DNA of 63,350 bases, filler included, from Octopus bimaculoides (Eukaryota), in assembly GCF_001194135.2 (NCBI RefSeq). It is 6 parts of 6 records of this genome, joined end to end, with 100 filler letters (N's around TTAATTAATTAA, not from the genome) between each part and the next. Parts side by side here need not be neighbours in the genome. Positions count along the whole stretch, not along the records: positions 57,247 to 63,350 come from NC_068982.1; 5 more parts are not named here. The stretch is one strand, 5' to 3'. Position 1 is the first letter of the stretch; each line of letters opens with the position of its first letter. This document shows, in pieces, positions 62,995 to 63,350 of the stretch. The notes under the pieces were generated by a model. It worked only from the letters and a program-made list of their open reading frames with translations. It had not been told where the DNA came from and did not search any database. Both the position numbers and the translations under genes were made by a program.

Positions 62995-63350
62995 AAGCGA
63001 CACAAAAACTTGTCAATAGCCTGGATAGACTATAAAAAGGCCTTTGATAGCCTACCACATAGCTGGATTAGGAAATGTCTGGAAATGTATAAAATAGCTC
63101 CTACTCTGCGAAACTTTTTATCTGTAAGTATGAGATCATGGAGAACCACACTGATGTTGAACAATGACAATGAATCTCTAAATGCTGGAGATGTAAGAAT
63201 TTCATGTGGCATTTTCCAGGGTGACTCACTATCACCACTCCTCTTCTGTCTAGCCCTAATACCGCTCTCAAAATTGCTCAATGATGCACAGTATGGTTAT
63301 AAAATATTTGATAAAAATATAAATCATCTCATTTACATGGATGATTTAAA
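62995..63350 (+). mobile_element. R4/Dong-like reverse transcriptase core, open to the window end
   Basis: Uninterrupted KRHKNLSIAWIDYKKAFDSLPHSWI..GIFQGDSLSPLLFCLALIPLS..INHLIYMDDLK (DY.KAFDS.PH, QGDSLSP, YMDD); starts right after (AAT)n. Confidence 0.92.

Overview
AT-rich, microsatellite- and retroelement-dense eukaryotic DNA. The SINE/LINE families I recognise suggest an octopus assembly; this is inference. The only firmly supported host gene is MAP3K7/TAK1: three kinase-domain exons on the minus strand (22303-22348, 11798-11936, 7009-7133) with GT-AG borders. They splice in frame and match human exons 4-6 in size and phase as I recall them. I found no exons 1-3 upstream or exon 7 onward downstream in the window. 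Five artificial 100-bp N44-TTAATTAATTAA-N44 linkers cut the window into six joined pieces, so adjacency across them is unproven. The rest is mostly transposon debris: RTE, L1/Tx1, R4/Dong-like and Penelope retroelements, a Gypsy integrase fossil, mariner pieces, a Helentron-type non-autonomous element and five SINE families (my labels A-E). Best leads: (1) an orphan plus-strand exon candidate at 42041-42110 carrying an LGR/glycoprotein-hormone-receptor hinge-like motif ([10 protein letters not shown]); (2) a Penelope element with an inverted copy of its GIY-YIG region at its 5' end, abutting an R4-like fragment; (3) a dimeric SINE with the same junction at two loci; (4) a complete DINE-1/HINE-like element. 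I found no convincing wholly novel multi-gene system. Most long ORFs in the supplied track are microsatellite or N-gap artefacts.
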